A stretch of 63,876 nt of DNA, counting the filler, from Collodictyon triciliatum (Eukaryota): assembly GCA_043381765.1 (NCBI GenBank). It is 5 parts of 5 records of this genome, joined end to end, with 100 filler letters (N's around TTAATTAATTAA, not from the genome) between each part and the next. Parts side by side here need not be neighbours in the genome. Positions count along the whole stretch, not along the records: positions 23,586 to 47,018 come from JBHJMP010001119.1; positions 47,119 to 55,967 come from JBHJMP010001129.1; positions 56,068 to 61,617 come from JBHJMP010001179.1; positions 61,718 to 63,876 come from JBHJMP010001291.1; 1 more part is not named here. The stretch is one strand, 5' to 3'. The position numbers were made by a program, and so were the translations under genes. The notes under the pieces were generated by a model that saw only the letters and a list, made by a program, of their open reading frames with translations, did no database searches and had not been told where the DNA came from. Within the stretch, counting starts at the first letter, position 1; every line of letters begins with the position of its first letter. Of this stretch, positions 41,930 to 62,110 are shown piece by piece.

Positions 41930-43010
41930 CAAACAATAAGAGGCCGTGACGACTCTAAAACAAAGCGAATGATTGTTTCGATGTCGAATGCTCCTTCAAA
42001 AATCACACGACCTTCGTCAAACTTTTTCCACAAAACGATAGAGGTAGGAGTACTTAGGTCGAACCTATATGAGTTTTCGGCATATTTTAAACATGGGTTT
42101 CTACTACTTTGAGGATAAAAAAAACTATTGAAATATGGTAATGACATATAAAAAAGAAAGGGGGAAAACATATGAAGGTGCAACTTACAATGTGGAAACA
42201 GCTGTCTTGTCACTGTATGCAAAGGGAAATTTCAAAACTAATTGGTCTGCAGCTTCCTCAAATGCCTTGTACTCTTGAAATATCGAAGAAAAAAATGAGC
42301 GAGATGAAAAAGCGAAAAAAACGATGGGCGAGTAGTTATCTGAATGAATGAATACACTAATAATAATAATAATTGAAAAGAGCCATCACAGACCAGCGGA
42401 CTCCTTGGATTCAAAGAAACCGTAAATGGCTACGTTATTTGGTCCTAAGAAGGCCATCCCCTCTGCCGCATTCTCAAGGTATCTGACTGATGGTTCTAGG
42501 AGTCTAATGGAACGATTTTTTATTAATTTTTTTTTTTTTACTAACGAGATATGCAATATAAAGTCAATTTATTAAAATAAGAAAGATGATACGAAAGGGT
42601 TAACAGAGACGAATAGAACCTTTCAAATTTTTCAATGAGCACATCTTTTGTTTTATCTCCGTCATAGAATGAGAATCGTCCATTTCTGCACATAGGCAGT
42701 GGATATATCAGACATTTAAGCACATACTTATGAGTAAAATTTATATATGAGGTAAGAACAAAAACAAAAACAAAAACAAAAACAAAAACAAAAACAAAAA
42801 CAAAAACAAAAACAAAAACAAAAACAAAAACAAAAACAAAAACAAAAAAACCGACCGGACAACTACCAATGTGGGATATCCTCTAAGTGGAAACTTCCTT
42901 GCGAGTTGGGGGTTCTGTGCTGCGTTTAGCTTTAAGAATGTGAGTCGGTCCCCAAAAAACTCTGCCACAGACTCAAGAGTCGAGTCCAGCTTCTTGCAAT
43001 GCGGGCAATC
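40143..43010 (-). CDS. Protein disulfide isomerase family (a-b-b'-a'); 5' end lost in the gap
   Basis: DCPHCKKL...RGYPTL; FDEGRVIFEG; IRSDPIPE...VRTIVGKNYLETVNDPKKDVLV; MDVGNND; acidic tail ending AHDEL*. Confidence 0.9.
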
Positions 43011-43039
43011 TACTCAAATTAAATGAATAGCAAGAAGCA

Positions 43040-43474
43040 NNNNNNNNNNNNNNNNNNNNNNNNNNNNNNNNNNNNNNNNNNNNNNNNNNNNNNNNNNNNN
43101 NNNNNNNNNNNNNNNNNNNNNNNNNNNNNNNNNNNNNNNNNNNNNNNNNNNNNNNNNNNNNNNNNNNNNNNNNNNNNNNNNNNNNNNNNNNNNNNNNNNN
43201 NNNNNNNNNNNNNNNNNNNNNNNNNNNNNNNNNNNNNNNNNNNNNNNNNNNNNNNNNNNNNNNNNNNNNNNNNNNNNNNNNNNNNNNNNNNNNNNNNNNN
43301 NNNNNNNNNNNNNNNNNNNNNNNNNNNNNNNNNNNNNNNNNNNNNNNNNNNNNNNNNNNNNNNNNNNNNNNNNNNNNNNNNNNNNNNNNNNNNNNNNNNN
43401 NNNNNNNNNNNNNNNNNNNNNNNNNNNNNNNNNNNNNNNNNNNNNNNNNNNNNNNNNNNNNNNNNNNNNNNNNN
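43040..43474. other. Assembly gap (N run)
   Basis: Uninterrupted Ns. Confidence 0.99.
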
Positions 43475-46655
<3,181 letters not shown>

Positions 46656-47159
46656 GACATATATATATATATTTGATATTTGATATTGCGACACATGCAT
46701 TCTAAATTGTTTGAATGTCTCATAGAATTCAATGAGCATAGTTATGTGTATCTAGGTTGTATGAAATGAAATAAGCGGTGCTTTTTTTTAAAAAAAATGT
46801 TGCTATCATTAATTTTTTTATATATTTTTCAGAAACTAAAAAATCTTGGCACTCTTGGCATTAAATTTTACTCTAAATATTTCGTGTCTCCTCACATCAT
46901 GACCATATATGAAACGAAAAAAGAAAGGAAAAGAAAGGAAAAGAAAGGAAAAGAAAGGAAAAGAAAGGAAAAGAAAGGAAAAGAAAGGAAAAGAAAGGAA
47001 AAGAAAGGAAAAGAAAGGNNNNNNNNNNNNNNNNNNNNNNNNNNNNNNNNNNNNNNNNNNNNTTAATTAATTAANNNNNNNNNNNNNNNNNNNNNNNNNN
47101 NNNNNNNNNNNNNNNNNNTATTTACTACTATTATTATTATTTAATTGAATAAAAGAAAA

Positions 47160-47261
<102 letters not shown>

Positions 47262-47545
47262 TACAGCTCCATGAGTTGGAAGCGAAACGCAATAAGTCCA
47301 ACAATTCAAAAGTACCCATTTTTACACACTATAACAGGATTTGATTCGAAGTTATGGAAGTTTTTGGCTGGACATTTATCACGACACAAATATGGCGAAC
47401 GAATGCTTTGCCCTGGCTGACGAAATCGAAGACTACGAGAACCGAGTAAGTCTCCTGGCATCACCGATTGAAATACTTCTACTCTATTAAAATTAGTATG
47501 TGTACCATTTTGCTCAATTTGCATCCATAATACGAATTAACCGAA

Positions 47546-52222
<4,677 letters not shown>

Positions 52223-52797
52223 GAAGATGCCCTTTCCATCACCTCTTTCTATCTCCTCTTTTCATCTCTTCTAATAGACTACATCCCTCTGTTCTGTTCT
52301 GTTCTGTTCTGATTTATTTTATTTTGCTTAGCTTCTCTTCTCTTCGCCTCTGCCTATTGATTGCTCCTGCCCTTTCCTGATGGATTCTTATCGATCCTTG
52401 CAAACACCTTCCTCTTACCTTCTCTTCCCTCGTTCTTTCGCTTTTCTCTCGCTCTTACTCTGTTCTCTTCTCGCACCAAACCAAACACAAACGTAGACAA
52501 GGGCCCTTCGCGTCCGCCCCTTCCTGCTGTTTCTGTACTACTTCTCCGCCGACCCTACCATTCTAATGATACGATCGCAACATAATAAACGCCGCCCAGC
52601 AGCAAAGCAAACAGCGGCTTTGATAGTAGCAATCGAATATATATGAAACAGAACGAGAAAGAGAAAGGAAAATGGAAGGGTGCGAGGATTGAAGGAAAGG
52701 AAACTGAGTTGGAAGGATCGATCTATGCTGAGAGTGTGTGTGATCACATAGACATTGACGGGGAAGTACGCAGCTGTTTTAGAAGGCGATCGGGGAA

Positions 52798-54557
52798 ATG
52801 AGCCTTTTCCAACGCTTGTTTGCGGGTGTGAATCCGAGTCAAGAAGCCCACGACGAAGAAAGGTCGGTTGGCGAGCCTGCAAAGGAGTCGCAGCTGCTCC
52901 CGACAAAGGCCCAGAGGCGTCCCGCTGATCACTGTGTCCACGTCCTCATCACTCAGTGCATCCAGAACGACTTTATCAAACCCCTGGAGAACACCGAGCG
53001 GCTTCCGAATCAGCTTCACATTGGAGGCTCCATGGCCGATAAAATGAAAGGTTTGTATTATTCATTATTCATGATACATTATTCATTACGCTTTTACACT
53101 TTATTTATTTATTCATTTATTTATTACCACTCCTATTCATATAATTATCATTATCATTATCATTATCTTTATCTTTATCTTTATCTTTATCTTTATCTTT
53201 ATCTTTATCTTTATCTTTATCTTTATCTTTATCTTTATCTTTATCTTTGTCTTTATCTTTATCTTTATCTTTATCTTTATCTTTATCTTTATCTTTATCT
53301 TTATCATTCTATATGTGGCCGAATGATGCAATTACAGATGCACTCGTGGGATTTTTCAAGGAGGTTCGGGCGTGTAAAAGCGATAACCTGCGCATCTTTC
53401 ACGTTATTGACAAACACGATGAGCACGACGAGAAACAAACTATTCATTTGAAAGTCTTTGGGAAGCACTGCGTAGAAGAAAAAGGATATGAATTGGCACA
53501 TGACTTGCAGGTAAATCTGATGGAGTAACCTGCATGCATTCAATTACACGTCCGTCGGTGTGATGTAGAGAAAGCACATGAAAAAAAAACTATTGCGGCA
53601 TATAATCCATTTCCCCCATTTTTCTCTTCTTTTCTCTTTCCCTTATTTCAATTTTTTAGTACCTGAATGAAGAAACTTTTGATAAAACCATAATATATTA
53701 TTACTTGATTTCATTTTCTTAATGAACCTCTTTAGAAAGGAATTTCAGAGAGAGACCATCACGAAAAGCTCATCTACGCTACCGGCCTTGATGACATTCA
53801 GGAAACAACTCTCACAAATGTACACATACACATATTTAAATATATCGATCAACAATATGCAAACATTATGGTATCCTTCGGTATGTTTTTTTTTCTGTTC
53901 ACACACATTTATTGAGATATTAAAGAGCTAAAATATGATGATATACTGAAACATCATTCATGACTGGACATAGAGTCATTGATATGTATGCCCCTAACGT
54001 CCTCTCTTTGACAAGGAATTACTGGAGTTAATGGATAAATACCCTGAAGTCCGCATTGCTGTCATTGGCGTTTGGACTGACATGAAAGTGACAATATTGC
54101 TGAAGGCATTGCGAGAGCAGCTGTACGGTCATATCGTTAACATTATTTTTTTTATATAAATTAATAAACAAATGATCAATAAGTGAAAATGCCAATAATA
54201 CTAATTATGAATGGCAATTTTATGGTTTTTTTTTTTTTGCGGTTAATTAGAAAATCTGTGCTTTGTATCATGTATGAAAAGATTACAGACTACAGGGTTA
54301 TTTCTACATCCTTTCTGAAAAAGAAATCATTTAAACGCAGAGGAATCGAGAGCCTTGCAACATCTGTTGATTTGACAGCCACACCGAACCTGACGACACA
54401 TCACAAAGCACTTCGGATGCTGCAGAAGGATGGAGTCAAAGTCTTTGGGCTAGAGAATGAAGATGACTACTTAGCACCAAAGAATTCATTGCAGAATGCC
54501 ACGGATAAACAGCCGTGGCAAGAGCTGGTTCGCTGGCTTCATCCTGACTTGGGCTAG
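52798..54557 (+). CDS. Isochorismatase/nicotinamidase-fold protein with atypical active-site motifs, multi-exon
   Basis: LITQCIQNDFIKPL...PNQLHIG; FHVIDKH; FGKHCV; IAVIGVWTDMKV; DLTATPNLTTHHKALRMLQKDGVKV. Confidence 0.8.
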
Positions 54558-55164
54558 AGCCTTATATTCACAAGAGAAAACAATACTGAAGATGAAAATA
54601 AAAGCAAGCATATGAAAAGAAACACAATTCTTTTTTTATTTTCCAGAAGCATTTGGTGCAGGATTGAGGTTGGCTAGTATAAAGTGCTTAATAATTTTTT
54701 TTTCATAAATTATATTTCACTATTTATTGAAAGCTGGAATACAACTGTAAATTAATCATGTCGTGCCTATGAACTTCTATGAGAACAAGAGAATAACGAG
54801 TTGATATATATGAAATAATTGTTTTACTTTTCTTGTATTCGAATGTCAAAATACAATATAATACAAAAAGAAATAGGGACTTATTCATAAGGTATTTCCT
54901 TCATATTAGGACATAGACGAATAGTTTGGGAAGAAATGAACAACGCCATCTAAACATACATAAGATTACACGTATTGCTATATCCACGTCCAGGATATGA
55001 AATTTTATAAGGAAGCATATAAATACTACTTCTCTGCCACCCGGCCAGCAAGTAGCGTCCATGCAAACGATGGCTAGCGAACCAAAGCCAATATCTCTAC
55101 CATCCTGCACAAAATTGAAAGGAAGAATAATATATATAGGGAAGCTCATAAATGAATATAGTTA

Positions 55165-55710
55165 TATTGAAGGTGCAGGTAGTGCGCATGGTAGAGAGCA
55201 AATGGGAGTAGAAGATGGTACTAGGAAGAGGCTAGCACTGGAAAGAAGTCAGTGATAGCGAGTTGGTCAGGTGGGCGACCCAACTGGTTGATTGGTTGCG
55301 TGGGTAGCAGGGGTTGGATATGCTGCGGGAGATATCTTACGATACATTCCCACATCTCTCTTCGCTTGCGGTCAGAGTAGCGAAGAATGCGGCCGTGTTC
55401 CAGCAAGCTGTTCAGGAAGCTGTATTGCACGAGGCTTTCAAGCCTGGATACATTGATTTCTCGTTCGGTCGAATTGTTAGAGCGAGATAATGCACGCACA
55501 CTCCATAAGAACCACAGCTTATGTCCCCTTGTGACTGTTCAGAGTATTCTAGAGTCATGGTTCATTTGGTATTGTGGGCCAAACAAGATTTCGGCCTTTG
55601 ATTCTTCAATCGCAAGAAACATGGCAACGGCGCTCCATATGAAATGGGGTGATGTGAGCGGCATTCTCGTTTGTTGTTCAAGACAGCTGTAGTTTGTGTT
55701 GCATATATGG
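55165..55710 (-). mobile_element. Decayed non-LTR retrotransposon ORF2 3' end plus part of the 3' UTR, copy 2
   Basis: ILFGPQYQ...RIL*TVTRGHKLWFLWSVR...SFLNS...YSDRKRREMW...QLAITDFFPV aligns by eye with copy 1 (23735-24250). 55182-55202 matches 5882-5902 at 19 of 21 nt. Confidence 0.78.
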
Positions 55711-56067
55711 AGTGGGACGTTAGAGCATTTTTCGGCGGTGCAAAGCCCCTATCCTTTTGGGCAGTGGATTCTTGAAGAAAGCAGCTCCCTGTTCCTTCTC
55801 TCGACTCGATGACACAAAGGCCTTTTGCTCTATCCCAGCAGAATTGACCGTCGAAGACTTCATTTGAGTAGACTCACGAATTTCAGGGTTTATTTTTATC
55901 CGCATATATTACATTTTTTAAAAACCCCACAAAGGCTCACAGCAGACACGCGCATACGGCGACAGCGNNNNNNNNNNNNNNNNNNNNNNNNNNNNNNNNN
56001 NNNNNNNNNNNTTAATTAATTAANNNNNNNNNNNNNNNNNNNNNNNNNNNNNNNNNNNNNNNNNNNN

Positions 56068-56260
56068 TTATGGGGTTTTTTATGGGGTTTTTTATGGGGT
56101 TTTTTATGGGGGTTTTATGGGGGTTTTATGGGGGTTTTATGGGGGTTTTATGGGGGTTTTATGGGGGTTTTTATGCGGTTTTTATGCGGTTTTTATGCGG
56201 TTTTTATGCGGTTTTTATGCGGTTTTTATGCGGTTTTTATGCGGTTTTTATGCGGTTTTT
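56068..56260 (+). repeat. 11-bp tandem repeat (TTTTTATGGGG grading to TTTTTATGCGG)
   Basis: Directly visible at a contig edge. Confidence 0.95.
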
Positions 56261-56849
56261 GTTTTGCTTTGGTTTGGCAGAGTTGGTGATATATAAAAAC
56301 AATACGCAAAAGAATGGAACTAGTGTGAACAACGGAAAGATATCTCTTACAAAAAGCAAAATTGTTAACAAGTATTATATTTGAGAGTGTATAGATGCAA
56401 AAATCAATTTTTTATAGGAACAATCGCAATATTATTTTGTTTTCCACATATAGAGCCTTTAAATGTGCGAGAAAAACTTGCAAATTTGGTTCAGAGGATA
56501 ACAGCAATCATAGATTCCAGAATTATTCGGAATGACTGAATCTTCTGTCCTGTTCGCAGATCAGATTTGATCAACTGCCGAACGAAGGAGCGCACGTCAC
56601 ATCCGGCACAAACCTGGCGAAGTAGTTGCGGTCAGATTCCGCCCAGCCTCATTGTCCTTCTTGCGTCCAGACTGAGGGATATTTTGCTTAATGTCTCTGT
56701 TATTCAAAGGGCTTTGTGTTTGTGTTTGTGTTTGTGTTTGTGTTTGTGTTTGTGTTTGTGTGTGCGCTGCGTTTCGGAGCTTCTGCAAGTCGAGCGCACA
56801 GGGCGCAGCGAACGGGACACGCAAACTCGGCTCCAGACTCCACGGTCGT

Positions 56850-59556
56850 ATGGATTTTCGGCCGTTGAATATCCATCTGCTCTTCGCACGAGACGTGTGC
56901 TGCTTCTCCTCTGCTTCGCTTCGCCAACTTTCTGCTGCACACTTTCAGGCCATGAAGTCGATTATTGATGCTCTGGGCGCAGCCTCTGCGAAAGTGAGAA
57001 TTGGGGTCTTTTCACATATCCTTTTTTCCTTTTTTCCTTTTTTCACACATCTCTTTTCTTTGCCTTTTTTTCCTTTTTTCCCCTTTTTTCCTTTTTCCTT
57101 TTTTTTTTCACATATCTCTTACCTTTTTCCTTTTTTCCTTTTTTCCTTTTTTTTCTTTTTTTTTCTTTCCGTTGTCATCGATTCCGGTTCAGCTTCACCC
57201 TCTAAATGTGCCGCCATGGAAAGGATGCATGTAACCCCAGTTTCTCAAAATCTTCCCTTCCTCATCCCACGCCCTTCAGATGCAGAGACTCGGACAGCCC
57301 ACCACATCTACAGAGAAGCTGCTTTCCTCCGACCATCGCCTCTACGTCGCACCGATGCCTCCGTTTCATGTGCTGGGCTTCATCAAGGTCGGAGTCAAAA
57401 GGCTGGTGGTGAAGGTTTGCCTATCCTTAGGGAAATATCCTCCAATTTGTATTCCTATGAATATATATAGTCAACAGCATTTGACACTCAACTATATGTC
57501 CTTTGTCTTCTTTTTTTTTTTTTGTTTTCGCTATTTTCCTTGCTTGTTTTCGCTATCTCTCCTCTATTCACTTGTTTAGAATGAAGGGACTCCGGTAGAA
57601 GAATGTGAACCTCTCTGTGTGTTAGACTTCTTCGTTTGCGAAAAAAACCAGAGGCGGGGCGTTGGATACCTGATTTTCGAGCGAATGCTCATGGTTAGAC
57701 AAGGCTTCTTAATTCTATCCATAATACACAATGGAGTACCTCTTTACTTGCGATTCAAATTCAAAACACCGTGCAATAATTATGAATTAATATCTATCGA
57801 TACCTCTTTTGTGATTCCTTGAATATCAGTAATTATTTTTTTCTGTTGGTATTTTTTCCTTACAAAAAAAAAAGCATATTATCATATGAAAATTCCTAAA
57901 GTACGATATGTTCTTTTTATAAGTTGCATACTTCAAAACTCATATGCTTATCGATTCACAGCAAGAAAAATGCAACGCTGCAAACATGGCTTTTGACGGC
58001 CCAACACAACCGTTTCTGCGCTTTCTCGAACGCCACTTTAGGCTCTCGAAACAACTGCCACAGCCCAATAACTATGTTGTCTTTGAACAGTTTTTTAGAG
58101 AAGGTGGTTGATAATTTGCTAAACTTAATTTCTTTTATATATCCCCTCCCTCCAACTAAACTAAACTATACTATATCGTACTGAAATACAATCATCAATA
58201 CTGCACAGTTCTCTTTTGTATTTAGCATGTTTAATTGAAGAAGCTTTGTCGCTTATAATTGCCCTTCTTTCGATGGATAAGTCGACTCAAAGATGACCAC
58301 TGCGCAAGGAAAGACTTTTTCCAACGGAGACCCAACTACCTCGAACTGGATGACCCCGACGACCAGTTCTCTTCCCACAGAAATTCACAATTATGCGCCC
58401 GTTCAGGGATTGCATCTTTCAGACAGTTCGATTCAGTCATCCGGCTCTCAAACTGCTGTAACTATAATAGACATACATCCTTGAAATGATGCAGAAATTC
58501 TAATTGACAAGATGCAGATTCAGAAATCGAATACACATCCAAAAAGCTCATCCCTTTCATGTTCTCTGCAATTTTGTTATTCTTCCTAGAGGACTCCATC
58601 TGCCGGGCGAAGAAAAGGTATGCCCCAATCAAGCGATGCTGCACCTCCTCTCACACGACGTTCCTCGTCCAGGCGACTCGAAAATCGAGGGTCTAGCACC
58701 AAAGTTGATAACGCCTTTCAAAACGAGGCCCCAAAAGCCGCTATCGCATTTGAGCTGCATTCCAAGCCAATCACCCGTGGCGTCAGCCTCGCCTTTCCCA
58801 AGACATCATTGTCTATGAAAATCATCACGGATAATACCCCTTCGAATTTATCTTTCAGTTCCTCAGAGTCTATTACACCCACATTTACCAAGCCTGATTT
58901 AATCCCGCCATGGGAAACAAAAAAACCAGAAGCCTCGAATCTGCCCGATGCGAAGCAGAAGGATAAAAGAGGTCGTCCCAGTTCTGTAGGTGCAATCAAC
59001 GTTTTCCGTCGCAACGGGCCAAAGCAGGAAACAAAGTAGCACTTTTGTATTAATGTTGGATGCTTTCTATCCAAATGTATTCTATGTTGTCATATCATTC
59101 GGTCTTCACATATTTTCTTTCTTTGTAAATGAACACCGATTTTTGCAGAATGCTAAACGTCAGTTACATTAGCGACACATCAAGCGATACGCCTGGGAGA
59201 CAGACGAACAGGTTAGTAGATATGAACTGAATCACCTATTTGGTGTTATTACATTTGTGATCGTTTCTTCTTTTTTCTATAATTTTACATCTTTTTTCTT
59301 GAAAAAATGAAAACAGTACACGTTATATGAAGCTGTCTAATGAGTTTAATTCCATTCTAGCAGAGAAGAAGGGAAGGGCATTATGCAGACCCTCTCGTCC
59401 CGATTCAAGCATTCCACATCCACGTCGCCTTCGAGCAGCTCCGCATCAAATGAGTCTCCTTCAAGCGAATCTCCAATGTCCCAGACCAACGGAGGAAATG
59501 CTACTCGGTCCACATCAAACGCAAATTCGCGACGGCTCAAATCATTTTTTTCGTAG
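56850..59556 (+). CDS. ATAT1: Alpha-tubulin N-acetyltransferase (MEC-17/ATAT1) with a long disordered C-terminal tail, multi-exon
   Basis: IIDALGAASAK/MQRLGQPTTS...LGFIKVGVKRL; PLCVLDFFV...QRRGVGYLIFERML; FDGPTQPFLRFLERHF...PQPNNYVVFEQFF. Confidence 0.92.
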
Positions 59557-59666
59557 TCTCTGGTTCTCAAGTTAAAGACGGCGCGTTGTCGGCAGCGAAG
59601 AGGAAATAATGTCCCAAGCTCCCTACTTCCATGCTGTCGATGACAAGGCCATCCTTTTCAATTATC

Positions 59667-60665
59667 TAGACGAATTTTGAGGATTTTGGCCTTTGCTTTT
59701 CTTTCATTGCTTTCTTCCCTTTCATCGAGTATGACATCCCGTGCTGTTTGGTTGTGTGTTTTCTCTGGCATATTCTTCCCTCTTTTTTTTTTCAGGACCA
59801 TGCTCATCGGCTCTGTTTCAAATACGCTGCCATCATTCTCCATTGCGAAAAGCAAAGGCCACTTCCTCCATGTCGTCCACTTCCCTAATTCTTTCCTTAT
59901 TTTCCTTCCTTTCTCTTAAGTACACAAGTAATGGTGTTGCCTGGCGAGATGACAATGTCTTGGTTAGAGTACAGTGTTTTATCCGTTTAATTTGAAAAAA
60001 AAAATGCATTAAGGAAACTTTCCTATTGTTGACCCTCTAAGCTCTTCTCTCGGTTGTAAAGTAAAATAAATGAATTAATAAATAGGACAGGAAAAAAAAT
60101 AACTATGATGCTGAAAGTTAAAGTCCTTGGAACTGACACTCTTTTATTAGTATGAAACCATGGCTGCGCATAATGGAAGTCTTGATGGAAGCACGCCCGT
60201 TGAGAACAGCCAAAACAAACGTTACTGGAGTATTGTCGGAATGATATGCGAAAGTGAGAACTGTGATGATTGCTTCTATTTGTTCATCTACCAAGCACGC
60301 AGTCGCATTATAAGAGGGGCGAACTCTGACTTGAAAAAATGTAGATTCGCATGTTTGTAGTGTCATTATGGTTGAGAAACCTTCTGCTTTTGCTCATTGT
60401 CCAGGTCTGTGGTCGGAAGTTCGTCTCTTCCAAAACTGCTTGTGGAGCTGTGTATCTGCGAATCTGTTGTCAATCATAATGGCGATTGCTATACTGAGGG
60501 ACACTTTCCTTTTGCAAAGGATATTACCGTGCTGGAAAAGCAATGTTTTCACCTGTGAATGGAGATGCGAATAGTCCAGCTGCACAGTTCTGATGTTTTC
60601 TAAAAGGGGGACGAATCGGATGTGAGCACGACCACAGGAGGTGTGGGCAAGTGTCGTCTTTTTCT

Positions 60666-60698
<33 letters not shown>

Positions 60699-61514
60699 GT
60701 TTATTTTTTGCACATGTTTTAGCAGTGGCCAAGCTTACAATAGTGCGTGAAAATGTTCAGCAAATACTAAATAGCACAGAAAACGATGCTATCTATGTAT
60801 GACATATAAGAAAAAATAATTCTTTAACATGTATGCCAACCTGTTAAAAAAGTTTTTTGTGCCTTGATTGTTTCGAGATGCCGCACTTCGCTATCCCTAA
60901 TCCTCTTGAATTATTAACGCTGATTAGTCGACGGTACTTGCTTGAATTTCGTACGAACGATGAAAAAAATGTCGGTGCATTTTAATTGGTATTTCAGCGC
61001 TTCGGTGGTTTCAAAACTTGAGGAATTTATTTGGTATTTACGGAGCAGGTTTTGGTATTAAAACATACTTGCAGATCTGAAACGAGGTCTTTGGTCTTCA
61101 AAACCGATTCCTTCATCGCGCGGTTACCAACTTCAAGATTCCTTGCCACCTTTTCAAGTTTGAGATACTCATTTTCCTCACAAGAAATGGACACCCTCTG
61201 GCGAGATATATCTTCCTCGATGGTTTTTTTTCTGTCAGCGAGTTTCCTGATAGTAGTGTCCAGTTCCCTCAGTTGTTCTAGTATTTGACATTAATCGGAT
61301 TTATGTGCTCTGGACTATGATTTTTTGAATAAGGAAAAGTTGTGCATATAAATATTTTAAAACTCTACGTTCCAGTTGAAACACTTCTTGGTCGAGTGTA
61401 TCGGTTATCTTTCGCTTGTGGGATATATCGCCTTTGATCTTCTCGACCTTTTGTTCCTGAGATTCTATTGTTTTCTGAAGTACTATCCATATTACATGAG
61501 GTTCCCCACAATCT
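59667..61514 (-). CDS. Coiled-coil protein, partial (5' end beyond the artificial join)
   Basis: Open exons LQKTIESQEQKVEKIKGDISHKRKITDTLDQEVFQLE and QLRELDTTIRKLADRKKTIEEDISRQ...LEKVARNLE. 3' exons uncertain. Confidence 0.5.
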
Positions 61515-61717
61515 GAAAAGGAAAAGGAAAAGGAAAAGGAAAAGGAAAAGGAAAAGGAAAAGGAAAAGGAAAAGGAAAAGGAAAAGGAAAAGGAAAAGGA
61601 AAAGGAAAAGGAAAAGGNNNNNNNNNNNNNNNNNNNNNNNNNNNNNNNNNNNNNNNNNNNNTTAATTAATTAANNNNNNNNNNNNNNNNNNNNNNNNNNN
61701 NNNNNNNNNNNNNNNNN

Positions 61718-62110
61718 AGCAGCGTCGCAACTACAAAAACGCCCTCGACGGGTTTGCCGCGCCTCATCTTCGCGAAGAGAGCTTTCACGTCGCTGTGGAA
61801 GGTATGTAGTCAGAACACAAGGGAGGCCGCGGTGGGGTCTCCTTCTTCCTTCCTTTCCTTCCTTTCCTCTTTTCCCTTCACCTTTCCCTCCCCCGCCGAT
61901 TTCCCCCACTCTATATCCCCCGTGGTCAGCCCCTCCCACGGTCCGCCCAACTCCATTCTTCAACACTGTGGACGCGTACCAGGCCCACATCCTAAGTTGC
62001 GCGGGGTCAAAAGGACAGGGGGATACCGGGCTTCCGTTCTCCTCATACCTTCCACTCTCGGGGTTTCGCACCCCCTTCGGAGCTGTCTGCCCGGCCCAAT
62101 AAGACCAGCT
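61718..62110 (+). pseudogene. Frameshift-riddled mitochondrial carrier (SLC25 dicarboxylate/oxoglutarate-like) fragment
   Basis: QRRNYKNALDG...REE...TSLWK is read across shifting frames in a GC-rich segment with (CCTT)n tracts. Confidence 0.55.

Noticed and set aside
55539-55541. TGA at a conserved Trp position suggesting UGA=Trp recoding
   Set aside because: Host genes here end in TGA (DGAT2, RING gene) and use TGG for Trp; a TGG>TGA decay in a dead element is simpler.
56068-56260. T/G-rich tandem array resembling a telomere or CRISPR array
   Set aside because: No unique spacers, the unit drifts between variants, and it is internal to the scaffold; treated as a minisatellite.
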